Origin: Nemertoderma westbladi
Taxonomy: Eukaryota; Animalia; Xenacoelomorpha
NCBI GenBank assembly: GCA_032718475.1
Contig: JAUCBJ010008413.1
Location: 1 to 52,759, forward strand
Reading direction: 5' to 3'
DNA length: 52,759 bases
Shown: positions 24,503 through 38,245 of the stretch, piece by piece
Position numbering within the stretch: the first letter of the stretch is position 1
Layout of the letters: each line of letters starts with the position of its first letter
Position numbers and translations under genes: made by a program
Notes under the pieces: model-generated
The model's database searches: none
Seen by the model: only the letters and a program-made list of their open reading frames with translations
Told to the model about the DNA's origin: nothing

Positions 24503-26671
24503 GTTCTCCCAAGAGGTTACCTAACTTCTTGACTCGTCCCAGTCGTGTTTACTAATTTCATCCAATCAAATCGTTGACTGTTTGGAACCACATAAAAATA
24601 TACAATTAATTTACAAAACATACAAAATTTCCTAAATAACAGTATGCTTACACACGAATCGCTATTAAACATTTTAGCCAATCAAATTAGATGTGTGGCG
24701 CCACAGTTAAATTTATAAACTACTGTAGTTAAGGGTTACTTGCAAAATCTAATAAGTAAACGTGGAAAATATACAACATTTTATAAATAACACATAAGGA
24801 ACATACAGTACAACAAACATATAAACGCCAGGCACGTTTTTATACAGTATGTTTATTTCTAAGCATTTAAATAAATGACTGATAAGCATTTGTATGTTTC
24901 TCCATGTTCTGTGACAAGGGAAACAAATCAAAAGCATTGAATTTGTCCAATTTTATTGTAGTTATTTGCAATGCAATCCCAACCGTCTTACCATTTTTAT
25001 CAAAATTATCCCGGTCATGGCTGAATATCCTGGTAACCAGGTTACTGTGATACCCCAACTATTCCTACCGTGCCAAGGACGTGACCCCCCCACCCCCCTT
25101 AATAATATAAATCATTTCCGGTGTATGGTAGGCCTATACAGTACCTCTAATTATTTTTATAATTATTTGTTTTTGATTAATTATAATCGGCGGGATTAAC
25201 GTGTTTGGGGGCCTCCTTTGGGGACCATTGTATGAAAAACTTTTAAGGCCCTACCGCTTATTTTGTGAAACACTTTTATATGTAGGCCCTACCGCTTATT
25301 TTATGAAACACTTTTTAAATTTTTTTTTCATAAACATTTTTTTCATAAATAAGTAACACACGCCATAAACCAATTGAGGGAAAGGAGCAGGTTACAGAGG
25401 CAGGATATTCTAACCAAAACAAATAAACGGCCTCTTTACCAATTGAGGGAAAGGTGCAGGTTACAGAGGCGGGCTTTTCTAACCAAAACAATAAACAGAC
25501 AGTTACATTGTACTGTTACTGCAGTACTGTAGGTTTAATGCAGTTGGAGGCCCTGAAATACTTTAGTCCTTAACTCGGCTTCAGCAGATCCTACAGTAGC
25601 TCCAGTTGATCTCACCGAGTGGCGGCCCAAACCCAAATTAAAATTCAAAGTGTATTCACGTTTACTTAGGGTTTACCTTAATGCAATTGCAAAGTTTATT
25701 CACTAGTCGCAGGTTTTCACTAGTCGCAGGTTCAGGTTGATCCATGCCATGCAGCCAAATCGTCGGTAAAAAGGCAAAAAGGCATTTAAGAATGCGGACT
25801 CCTGACAATGTCTCCCATTTTCATATTATTATTAAAGGCTGATGTGATTTTTGTTCAAAAACATAGACATTATTTTTCGGATGTAAAAGGGCATTTGTGT
25901 AAAATCATGTAAAGGCAAAAAGCCATGTACTGTATGCCTACTGCTGATGTACATCCACATACAGTAGCTAGACCCTACCGGTTGTTGAAATTGGAGTTGA
26001 TCGGACCGTACACAGTCAGACTGACAGCGTAAATTGAAAAATAGTCGTATTAGTAGTGCAGTATAGTGTCTGTCAACTGTACTAAAGGCAAAAGGGAATT
26101 TGATGGTTTCATTGCCATCAACTTATATCGATCATAGAATGTCAAGTAATATGAGATAAAACTGATAAAGAGCTTCACCAGATACCAAATATATTAAATT
26201 TGGTTGAACCAATAAAGACTTTACAAATATTACGTTTTCATTTTCTTTATTGAACCTTTTTCAAGTGATTTTATATTCAAGTAATAATTTTTTTACTGTA
26301 AGTCTAGAACATCGTGTATACGGCGTCTTATAAATATTTTTTAATAATAATAAAATGGCAAAAAATGTGTAACAGAGATAGTTTGCCATCCCCTCTTCTT
26401 AGTGGGTGAGTCAGAATTTATTTGGTAATAACAGCTGAATCAATTTGGTTTACATATATCCAACTTTCCCCACATCCATTTCACACTTCGCGATAATATA
26501 ATGTTATAATGTCGTTAATGTAAATATTTGGTTCTTTAAATTTCTTCTGATAATCTAACTGTTTTTAAATTTAATCAACATAATCTACAACTAACTACAT
26601 ACAGAATTTTAGTTTATCTGTATCCAACAATATCACCGGAAGTGGATAAACGTTTCTTACAAACATTACAG

Positions 26672-27165
26672 TTACCGAGTCTCCCCACTGCGGATACATT
26701 TGTGGCGCTTTACATGATGTCGGTGGGAGAAACATTTACCGCATGTTTCGCAGCTAAACGGTCGTTCACCTGTATGTAATCTCTTGTGAGTGTTTAGATT
26801 GCCGCTCACTATAAATCCCTTCCCGCACGTGTCGCACACAAACGGACGCTCTCCGGAATGCGTCCGCTTGTGCGAGGTTAGGTTGCACAGGTGAGAGAAA
26901 CGTTTGTTGCAGATACCGCATTGGTATGGACGCTCGCCGGTGTGGATCCGTTGGTGTATAATCAGGTTGCTGTTCCTTGCGAACGCCTTACCACAAGTAT
27001 CACAGCTGAAGGGCTTCTCATTGGAGTGGCTTCCTTTCACAATATCCTGGGGTTGAATCCCAGAGGGACCAGGTTGGTCGAAGGAATTATTTATATTTCT
27101 GGGTGTTACGTCATCGTCGGAAGTGAGCATGTCTGAATCATCAGGGAATGGTTGTGATTGGTCGC
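26672..27165 (-). CDS. ZNF-B1 exon 2: four C2H2 zinc fingers
   Basis: Fingers with TGERP/SGERP linkers. The acceptor TTTCTATATAG|G at 27166/27165 is in phase with exon 1. Confidence 0.9.
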
Positions 27166-27371
27166 CTATATAGAAAGTAATGGAGTGGATTAATAATGGA
27201 AAATATTGATTCAAATCATAACAAGATAATAAGTAATGTAATAATTGAACAATAACACTCACAAAAATCATAGACAATTCAACACAATCAAAATTTAAAA
27301 ATTGCCATGTTCGGTTTCAGTTCGGTTCCGGTTCGGCTCCTCTATAGTTCGGTCGATAGACAAGAGACAGG

Positions 27372-27743
27372 ACAGTAGACAAGAGCTGGAACACAGTAAA
27401 CTTTGATCAACTCCGAATGTCGCAAAGAAACAACTATTAGAGAAATCTACTAGCAAACATCTCTCTACAACACACAATAGTAGACAAGAGCTGGAACACA
27501 GTAAACCTTGGTTCAACTCCGAATGTCGCCAAGAAACAACTATTAAAGAAATCTACTTGCAAACATCTCTCAACAACACACAATAGTAGGCAAGAGCTGG
27601 AACACAGTAAACCTTGGTTCAACTACGAATGTCGCAAAGAAACAACTATTATAGAAATCTACTAGCAAACATCTCTCTACACAGAATAGTAGGTAAGAGC
27701 TGGAACACAGTAAGTAAACCTTGGTTCAACTTCGAATGTTGCC
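27372..27743. repeat. Short (~3.5 unit) version of the 103-bp satellite in the ZNF-B1 intron
   Basis: Same unit and same right-hand junction with the RT fragment as the large array. Confidence 0.9.
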
Positions 27744-28500
27744 ACTCACCACTCACCAGCCCAGCGCTCCAAGGATTGAAGCGTGAAGCGCAGATAAAAG
27801 TGTGTCGCAGTTAGCGGAATCAGAGTATAATTTACGTCATCGGCAAAGACCTTAACTTTAATTTTACCTAGTGTAATAAGCAACTCAGGAAGGTCATTAA
27901 TGAAAAGAATAAAATTGATCAGTCCGAGGAAACTGCCCTGGAATGTGCCAGATTTAACAATGGAAGGTAGCGAAAATTCGTTACCAACTAAAATGCGTTG
28001 TGATCTGTCTGAGAAAAAAGCACTAAGCCACGCTAGCAAAGCTTCTGCGATGCCGTATGCTGAAACCTTTCACATAAGATTAGAATGCACAATATATCAA
28101 GTGTAGTCGTGTCGTACAGTCGTTATCGAGTGTAGTGTAACAGAGGCCGACACATTCGAGGAGCAGTGTGCATGTCGATTTACGTTCTAGGAATCCATGT
28201 TGTTCTGTGGAAATTAATTTATGGGCACGCAAGTATGAAACTAGGGTGTCTTTCACAAAGATTTCCATGATTTTGCATGATGGATGGATCACAGGATCCA
28301 TTTGTGTGGATCATAGGGTTCACCTTCTGTGAATAATGGAACTACAACAGCCAGTGAGCCAAATAGATGGAAGTCTGTGTTAGTAACACAGATGGTGAGC
28401 ACAGATAAAGGAGCAGTGATAGAGATAGATAAACGAGAAAATATAATACTCGGCAAGTTGTCGGGTGTCCTACTTTTCTTGGCAGGAATGTTAGTTGTTT
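27744..28500 (-). mobile_element. Decayed LINE RT fragment (paralog of 21006-21760)
   Basis: ORFs 27746-28039 and 28080-28301 carry the RT motifs (QHGFLERKSTCT; QGSFLG; FADD). Confidence 0.85.
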
Positions 28501-28698
28501 AGAACAGTAAGAACCCTAACAGGTGAAAAATCTACAGTAGACAAGAAACAGCGTATTGCTATTGTCATCGTTACAATTTTCACCAAGAACTTCAGCAAAT
28601 AATTTAGCTTTAGTTTTGTCATCCACTATGGTGTTTCAAGTTTTCCTATGCAGGCAATACGGACTAAATGTTGTTTAATCTAACATATAGTAACTCAC

Positions 28699-29668
28699 CG
28701 ATACCGGAACCTGTTGATTTGGTTCTTAATGGGAGATTGTAGGTGTTGGGAACGTCTAAGTCTAAGTCGAAGTCGCCTAGAGGCTGAGTAGATATGGGGG
28801 TCGAGTAGTTGGTGAGTGGGGAGAGACCCTGGGTGGTGTGGGCGTGGGGGGTCGATGTGTCTGTATGGATTCCATGTGGTCTATTTATATCGAAAAATAA
28901 TTCATTTAAGACATCGCCACCTTCACCTACGTCGGGTTTATATTCCAGTTCGTCTTCCGTCTCAATGAATATGATTTCCGGAGCATCGGATGACTCTGAT
29001 AGAGGTTGTGTAGAATTATTGGTTGAGTTGGTTGTGGTTACTGTGGGGATATACGATATGTTGTTATCAGATGATAAAGTTAAACTGGCTGTATTATTAG
29101 ACGATTCAGATACAATGGGGTTTGGTTTGGTGTCTATCAGACTCAGTTTGGGGTTCATTTGTATTTGATTTCTGGGGAGGTCTACCTGGTTGAGATATGG
29201 TAACCTCACCACAGGGTGCATGGATGAGGGTTCGGTACGTGGCGTGTGTGGATACGAGTTTCGAGATTTAGGGTGGAAACCAATTCCGGTCGCAGGATTG
29301 TCATTGTGGCGGAACCTAGTACCGCCATTTGTCGTCGCTGATGTCCTCAATGGATTCTGCGGCAGTGGCAGACTGGTCTCGCGGTACCCCGTAGTCGGGA
29401 CAGTGGTCGGTGATTGAGTTATGTATTGGGGCAAAGCCGAGGTGGTGGCGGCGTTGTTAGAGGGATAGGAGAGTGAACGCTGCAGCCACTCAGTAATGCG
29501 ACCAGCCGTACAATTCTTAACAACATAATCGTCCAGAAAACACGAGTTTACTTCCAAGTATTCTTCGAGAAATCTCCGCACAAAGGTGTCATTTTCTGAA
29601 CAGATGTTCACGAACATAGATTTGGTAATTATCAATGCGTTGTCCGACTCACAAGTAAACCGTTCCAT
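28699..29668 (-). CDS. ZNF-B1 exon 1 (spliced product 487 aa, apparently intact)
   Basis: ATG at 29668 and donor GTGAGT at 28698. Exons of 970+494 nt give 488 codons including the stop. Confidence 0.82.
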
Positions 29669-31783
29669 TGTCTGATTGTTGTCTTTTCAGAGTTCAGGTA
29701 GTGCTGGTTCGAGAAGAAAATAACAAATTTTAAACAGATATAGGCCTATTCGAATCACTGAATCAGTGAAATACAGTACTGCAGTGCTGCCTAATAGTAA
29801 ACACCCAAACCCAATTACACTACAATATAACCAGGTGTTTCAAAAAGGTGGACTGTAGGTGTAGGCCTACACAGAAAACATGGACAGGTGGACAGACCAA
29901 TCACTTACTTGATTATTAGATTAATAAAGACTGCGTTCCCGTGTCACAGAATTTACAAAATTTGCATAAACCCACAAAGCATTTATAGAACAACACTCGA
30001 AAATTTAGAAAGCATGTGGAATTTAGATAATTTTATATGTGCACAATATAAAAGGGAAAATAAATATTTATTAAATTACTGTATAAGTACACATTTAGAT
30101 CAATCCAGAATGTTGTAATACATACAATGCTACTAAATGTTTAGTAAGCATTTGAATGATTTTTTAAATTAGAAATGGCACATTCCACATTCAGCGTTTA
30201 AAAAAAACATACAAATACTTGCTAAGAATTTTACATGGATTTAATGGTTTGTTGAGATTCAAATAGGCATTTTGCATTTAGAAAACATATAAATACTTGC
30301 AATGGATTTTGTATAGATTTGATGGTTTGTTTAAATTCAAAAAGTCACATTTTGCGTTTAGAAAAACATATAAATACTTACAATGCATTTTGTATGTATT
30401 TAAAAGTTTGTTTATCATGCTTCATTGTAGTAAAAGATATGAATACTTACAAAGTACAGTACTACCGTATTTTGAAAATGTTATGTTGTACAACAGTATG
30501 TACATACATTTCTGTATACTCTGTAGCTGTTTGGTTCAAGCAGTGAAGTGTCTATTTCTGTCAGTCTCACCTCTCAGCCTCCATGTGTGTGTGTGTGGGG
30601 GGGGGGGGGGGGGGGGGGTGGGGCGTCGGTTGTCAACCACTATTGTTTATGATATTTAAATGATTACAAAAAATTAAATAAGCTCACAGATTATTTCCAA
30701 AAATTATGTTGAATTAAAAATAAGGTTCACATGCATGGTTTGAGACACAGGGTCATATTGTCCACGTCTCGAAAATTTGAAACTATTGGTTCTGCTAACA
30801 CTGATAAAATTTAGGTACAAAGTTCGCACGTTTAGGAAAGTGATTCGCTCGCAAAAAATGGAATACATTTCACAATATGAAAATTGGATAAATATTCAAT
30901 TTAGAAATGGTGATCAAATCAAAATGTTCAAGAAAAAATCTAGGATTTTTCGAAAAAAAAAATTAAAGTTTAGAAGTGTTGATAAGGTTAATATTACTTG
31001 AATTTCATAAAACTATAGGACATTCAAAGGATATCAAAATTTAAAATATATTCATGAAATAAAATATCGAGTGGTAATTGTACCGGTGGCAATATTTCCG
31101 GGGGGCAATAGTCCAGGGGGCAATTGTCCTCGGGTGGCAATTGTCATCGAGGGGCAATTGTCCGAGGGGCAATTGTGCGGGGGCAATTGTCCTAGTTCTC
31201 CCAAGAGGTTACCTAACTTCATGACTCGTCCCAGTCGTGTTTACTAATTTCATCCAATCAAATCGTTGGTTGTTTGGAACCACATAAAAATATACAAATA
31301 ATTTATAAAACATACAAATTTCCTAAATTACAGTATGCTTACACACGAATCGCTATTAAACATTTTAGCCAATCAAATTAGATGTGTGGCGCCACAGTTA
31401 AATTTATAAACTATTTAAAGGTTACTTGCAAAATCTACTAAGTGAACGTGGAAAACATACGACATTTTATAAATAACACATAAAAGGAACATAGAACAAA
31501 CATATAAACGCCAGGCACGTTTTTATACAGTATGTTTATTTCTAAGCATTTAAATAAATGACTGATAAAGCATTTGTATGTTTCTCCATGTTCTGTGACA
31601 CGGGAAACCAAATCAAAAGCATTGAATTTGTCCAATTTTATTGTAGTTATTTGCAATGCAATCCCAACCGTCTTACCATTTTTATCAAAATTATCCCGGT
31701 CATGGCTGAATATCCCGGTAACCAGGTTACTGTGATACCCCAACTATTCCTACCGTGCCAAGGACGTGACCCCCCTCCCCCCC

Positions 31784-32633
31784 GGATAGTTATAAAACCC
31801 GAAAATAACGAAAAAGACGAATTTATCAGCGAAAATATCAAAATTATCAAACAATCTACAAAACCTCGCTTTCTAATAAGATCGATATTATTAGAATACA
31901 CACTTTACATTTTTTAATTAATTAAATCGGATAATTTCGTCCCATTTTCGACCTTAAAAGTAATTTAATACTAAATATTGTCTGTTGGTTGGTTGTTGGG
32001 CGTTGACCAATAATGGCGGCTTGGATGAATCAACTCAGCATCAGCAGATCAGTACAGCGGGCCTACTTGTGTGTTACTGTACAAGCATGGTACGGTACAG
32101 TCGGAAGCGGCAAAGATGAAAGAAGTGGTCCAGTACCCTAACCCAACACTGCAACAATGTAATTCCCATATAAATTTTTGCATTACGGCATACGGTACCT
32201 TAACGCTACCTAGCCTTGGTGTGCACTGTACAGTGACTGTCAGGCAAGTGGTGCGGCGGATGTGAACATGTGAACGTACTGTAACGACAGAATTGCAGTC
32301 CAGCAGTCGTAATGCAATAACTGCAGTAGGCCCACATTCTGACTACAGTCCTAATTTGAGCGCCATCTGTGGTGTTTTGCAATCATTGGATCACCCCTAA
32401 CAACCAATCAACAGAGCCAGTATTTTGGTATTCAATTACTTTTAGGGTCGAAAATGGGGCGAAATTATCGATTTTCTTAATTAAATAATGTAAAGTAAAT
32501 AATGTAAAGTGTGTCTTCTAATAATACCTATCTCACTGGAAAGCGAGATTTTATCTATAGTTTTATAATTTCGATATTAATTTTCGTTAATAATTTCGTC
32601 TTTTTCGTTTTTTTTCGGGTTTTATAACTATCC
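31784..32633. mobile_element. 850-bp foldback/MITE-like element with ~230-bp imperfect TIRs, inserted in a poly-C tract
   Basis: Ends GGATAGTTATAAAACCCGAAAA and TTTTCGGGTTTTATAACTATCC. The inverted similarity extends to TTGGTTGTT..CCAAT / ATTGG..AACAACCAA. The element is absent at the paralogous site ~25085-25098. Confidence 0.85.
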
Positions 32634-34120
32634 CCCCCCCCCCCCCCCCTTAATAATATATATCATAGCCGGTGTATGGTAGGCCTATACTTCTATTTAT
32701 TTATTACAATTATTTGTTTTTGACTAATTATACAGTAATCGGCGGGATTAACGTGTTTGGGGGCCTCCTTTGGGGACCATTGTATGAAAAACGTTTAAGG
32801 CCCTACCGCTTATTTTGTGAAACACTTTTATATGTAGGCCCTACCGCTTATTTTATGAAACAATTTAAAAAAAATTTTTTCATAAACATTTTTTTCATAA
32901 ATAAGTAACCCACGCCATAAACCAATTGAGGGAAAGGAGCAGGTTACAGAGGCAGGCTATTCTACCCAAAACAAATAAACGGCCTCTTTACCAATTGAGG
33001 GAAAGGTGCAGGTTACAGAGGCGGGCTTTGCTAACCAAAACAATAAACAGACAGCCACACTGTACTGTTACTGCAGTACTGTAGGTTTAATGCAGTTGGA
33101 GGCCCTGAAATACGTTAGTCCTTAACTCGGCTTCAGCAGATCCTACAGTAGCTCCAGTTGATCTCACTCGAGTGGCGGCCCAAACCCAAATTAAAATTCA
33201 AAGTGTATTCACGTTTGCTTAGGGTTTACCTTAATGCAATTGCAAAGTCTATTCACTCGTCGCATGTTCAGGTTGTTCTATGCCTTGCAGCCAAATCGTC
33301 GGTAAAAAGGCAAAAGGGCATTTATGCATGCGGATTCCTGACAATGTCTCCCATTTTCATATTATTAAAGGCTGATGTGATTTTTGTACAAAAACATAGA
33401 CATTATTTTTCGGATGTAAAAGGGCATCCATTTGTGTAAAATCATGTAAAGGCAAAAAGCCATGTACTGTATGCCTAGTGCTGATGTACATCCACATACA
33501 GTAGCTAGACCCTACCGGTTGTTGAAATTGGAGTTGATCTGACCGTACAAAGTCAGACTGACAGCGTAAATTGAAAAATAGTCGTATTAGTAGTACAGTA
33601 TAGTGTCTGTCAACTGTACTAAAGGCACAAGGGAATTTGATGGTTTCATTGCCATCAACTTATATCGATCATAGAATGTCAAGTAATATGAGATAAAACT
33701 GATAAAGAGCTTCACCAGATACCAAATATATTAAATTTGGTTGAACAAATAAAGACTTTACAAATATTACGTTTTCATTTTCAAGTGATTTTATATTCAA
33801 GTTATTATTTTTTTACTGTAAGTCTAGAACATCGTGTATACGGCGTCTTATAAATATTTTTTAATAATAACAAAATTGCAAAAAATGTGTAACAGAGATA
33901 GTTTGCCATCCCCCCTTCTTAGTGGGTCAGTTAGAATTTATTTGGTAATAACAGCTGAATCAATTTGGTTTACATATAACCAACTTTCCCCACATCCATT
34001 TCACACTTCGCGATAATATAATGTTATAATGTCGTTAATGTAAATATTTGGTTCTTTAAAATTCTTCTGATAATCTAACTGTTTTTAAATTTAATCAACA
34101 TAATCTACAACTAACTACAT

Positions 34121-36413
34121 TGGTTGTTCTCACAAAAAGTGGCCAAGATTTAGAGAAAAAATGTCAATTTTTTTTTGTCAAAACTATATAAATATACATA
34201 TTTCGAGAGGTCTCGATGGGGCGATTTCGAATACATTAGTGGGCCGTTTTTTTTAGTAAAGTTGTAACTGGTTTTATTCGTGAAAAACTAATGTCCACAA
34301 TGTAACATTTTGTCCCAGGTGTAACGCTACTTGTTAGCCAATCAGAAGCCTTCATTTCACAGAACGCCCACAATCTAACTTGTTGCCTCTAATGTAACGC
34401 TACTTGTTAGCCAATCAGAAGCCATCATTTCACAGAACGCCCACAATCTAACTTGTTGTCTCTAATGTAACGCTACTTGTTAACCAATCATTACTCGGGG
34501 ATGGACATTTAAAATATATACCAGAAATTCAACAGTCACTTGTACTGTATGTCATGTAACGTCATTTTCATTATTAACCGTAAACTAAGGATTTATCGAC
34601 CAAATGGCTAAAAATAATATTTTTCAAATCAGCAAATTATTTCGTTTGTATTATTGTATACATACAATATGAATATACATATTATTGTAACAATAATTGT
34701 ACAAAATAGTTAACGGAGTCCTTAAAACCATCACAAACTTAATCTCTAAGTCCTTCACGTGTAATGCCATCACTAACGTAATCTCTAAGTCCTTCACGTG
34801 TAACGCCATCCCATCACTATCTTAATCTCTAAGTCCTTCACGTGTAACGCCATCCCATCACTAACTTAAAGTCCTTCACGTGTAACGCCATCACTAACTT
34901 AATCTTAAGTCCTTCACGTGTAACGCCATCCCATCACTAACTTAATCTCTAAGTCCTTCACGTGTAACGCCATCACTAACTTGATCTCTAAGTCCTTCAC
35001 GTGTAACGCCATCACTAACTTAATCTATAAGTCCTTCACGTATAACTAAGTCCTTCACATGTAACGCCATCACTAACTTAATCTCTAAGTCCTTCACGTG
35101 TAACGCCATCCCATCACTAACTTAAAGTCCTTCACGTGTAACGCCATCACTATCTTAATCTCTAAGTCCTTCACATGTAACGCCATCACTAAAGTAATCT
35201 CTAAGTCCTTCACGTGTAACGCCATCCCATCACTAACTTAAAGTCCTTCACGTGTAACGCCATCACTATCTTAATCTCTAAGTCCTTCACGTGTAACGCC
35301 ATCCCATCACTAACTTAATCTCTAAGTCCTTCACGTGTAACGCCATCCCATCACTAACTTAAAGTCCTTCACGTGTAACGCCATCACTATCTTAATCTCT
35401 AAGTCCTTCACATGTAACGCCATCACTAACGTAATCTATAAGTCCTTCACGTGTAACTAAGTCCTTCACATGTAACGCCATCACTAACTTAATCTCTAAG
35501 TCCTTCACGTGTAACGCCATCCCATCACTAACTTAATCTATAAGTCCTTCACATGTAACGCCATCACTAACTTGATCTCTAAGTCCTTCACGTGTAACGC
35601 CATCCCATCACTAACTTAATCTCTAAGTCCTTCACGTGTAACGCCATCACTAACTTCAATCGAGAAGTTCTTACCCGACACAACACGCCTAATTCCGTTT
35701 GACAATTGTAATGGCATGACGTTGGCTTTAAGAAGTACTGTTTTAGAACCGAAATAAAGAAAGGTAAAAAATCATGAGCTTTTCCTAAACCCTTTAGGTA
35801 GTACTAGGTACATTCCTAATGACGGTATTTTTGTAGATTTACGTTTTCGCACAATGCTCGAGTTCTAATGAACGAATTCCTATAATTCTTTTACCTGCTG
35901 GGCTGGTAGCTAAATAAATCGCCGTTTAGAAATATCTCACTTGGAGATGTTGTGAATAAATAAAAAAAATGAAAATGTCATGAAAACGAGCGTTACATGG
36001 TGGACAAAATCCTAGTGACGGCGTAATTAATTGTTAGTAAATAGTAAATATATAAAATGTGAGTAGCTTCTGTTGAAAACCACCAATAGCATGTGAAAGA
36101 GCATTAAATTTGCTTTATTTTGATGTATGGTATGTGGAACCTTTGCTTTCATTGCTTTAGCTCAGAAGCCAAATACTTAAAAATAATTCAATGTGACATT
36201 TCAAAAAACATGCATTTTCGATATTTAAAATGGTGTCATTCTCTAGGTTGTGAATGGAATCTGTTGAAAATTTGCTGAAATATGAGCAGATTTCCGCTCT
36301 TCCGATTGGTATATAGGTTCATGGGGTTAAATCTGTGTCGTTTGGAAATATAACCGTGCGAATGCATGGCCATTTTGACATAAAAGTTTGGCCACTTTTT
36401 GTGAGAACGACCC
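34121..36413. mobile_element. Second copy of the ACAT-TSD TIR element (co-duplicated with the A gene)
   Basis: Same termini, same insertion point and same TSD (34117-34120 / 36414-36417). Confidence 0.85.
34725..35657. repeat. 39/44-bp CACGTG minisatellite, second and slightly longer array
   Basis: Same unit as 7295-8110, with a different unit order. Confidence 0.92.
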
Positions 36414-36488
36414 ACATACATAATTTTAGTTAATCTGTGTCCAACAATATCACCGGAAGTAGAGAAACGTTTCTTACAAACATTACAG

Positions 36489-37093
36489 TTACAGAGTCTC
36501 CCCACTGCGGATACATTTGTGGCTCGATACATGATGGCGTTGGTAGAAACATTTACCGCATGTATCGCAGCTAAACGTTCGTTCACCTGTATGTAATCTC
36601 TTGTGAGTGTTTAGATTGCTACTCTGCGTAAATTCCTTCCCACACGTGTCGCACACGAACGGTTTCTCTCCACTGTGCGTTCGTTTGTGTATCTTTAGGG
36701 AATTTAGTTGGGAGAAACTTTTCTCACACAGGTTGCAGTTAAACGGTTTCTCTCCACTGTGCGTACGTTTGTGGATCTTTAGGGAATTTAGTTGGGAGAA
36801 ACTTTTCTCACACAGGTTGCAGTTATACGGTTTCTCTCCACTATGCGAACGTTTGTGTGTCTTTAGGGTACTTAGTTGAGAGAAACGTTTGTTACAGATG
36901 CCGCATTGGTAAGGTCGTTCGCCGGTGTGGATCCGTTGGTGTGTAATTAGTTGGCTGTTATATGCGAACGTCTTATCACAAGTATTACAGCTGAACTGCT
37001 GTTGGACGAAGGAATTATTCATTCTTCCGTGTGTTACGTCATCGTCGGAAGTGAGCATGTCTGAATCATCGGGGGATGGTTGTGATTGGCCGC
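36489..37093 (-). CDS. ZNF-A2 exon 2: six C2H2 fingers (frame open, but downstream of a nonsense codon in exon 1)
   Basis: Paralog of 8943-9547 at offset 27546. The acceptor at 37094/37093 is conserved. Confidence 0.75.
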
Positions 37094-38245
37094 CTAGAGA
37101 AAGTAATGGAGTGGATTAATAATGGAGAATATTGATTAATATCAGAATATGTAAGTAATGCACTATAATAATGTAATAATAGAACAATAAAACTCACGAA
37201 AATCATAGAAAGTTCAACTCAACACAATATCCGATTTGTTTATATACGATTCGGTTTTATCGGTTTTAATCCGATTGGAGATACCAAATATATAATAAGG
37301 TGTTTTACAAAAATGAAAAATTGTGGAATGACTTTTCTAAGATTTGAACCAGCGCAGCCTAAATGCCTTATGGCTTAATACGTACTATTACTGTATGTGT
37401 AGTGTAATTTCCCCGCTTCATTTTAACATAGGCCTATACTAGAATCATGTCGAACCTCTGATAGAGATATGAGATATAATTTAAAAAAATATTAATTTTG
37501 TACAGTTCCATTATCAGGTGAATTCAAATTAAAAAAAAGTTTTTGAAATTAAAATTTACTGTTGTAAATGCTGCAAAAGCATATTTCCACAGCCTAAGGA
37601 AATGTAATTACTAAAAGGGAAACATAGACATGATTGTGCTACTGGTGGCTAAATAGGCTAAATAATGGTCACAAAAATATTGTCTTCGAGTTTAAACTTT
37701 ACAATTTTTTGCTGTCGCGAAATATTCAAATCAAACACATTATCCAATATGTTGTAGATCAGATCAGACGCCAAATAAACTCAAACCAATGTATTTTATT
37801 ACCGGTAACAATGTAATGTCGTTGAGTTAGCACATTATAAGTTCTGCAGTCGCAAAATATTCAAAGCAAACACAAATTCCCATAATGATATCTTGCAATG
37901 AATTATCTTGTATGCAAAGACAATTTTAGATATAAGTTACTGTATATCACACCACCAAAACTACGATTTTATATTTTTGAACAAAATCGTATCGTGACCT
38001 CATCACCCTGCAGAACAAAGTGGGTGTAAACGCTACGCCGACTGCCGACAACCTATCCCTGGAACCATTTTTAATTTAAGTTAAATAATTTTAACTATAG
38101 GGCCTAACATATGTGATATCGAAATTTTTTGTTTTAATTTGAATATTCAGCAAAATCATCCACATCAAATGTAACCTGAACCTGAAGTTTTCCTATGCAG
38201 GCAATACGGACTAAATGTTGTTTAATCTAACATATAGTAACTCAC

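Noticed and set aside
24271-24555. Collagen-like or Gly/Pro-rich ORFs
   Set aside because: They are translations of the 14-bp minisatellite.
27166-27277. Hydrophobic signal-like N-terminus (MSMIFVSVIVQLL...) on the B finger ORF
   Set aside because: It lies upstream of the conserved splice acceptor, is intronic AT-rich sequence, and is closed by stops in A copies.
27305-27347. GTTCGG-repeat segment resembling a hAT-MITE terminus
   Set aside because: It is too short, and no matching second end or TSD was found.
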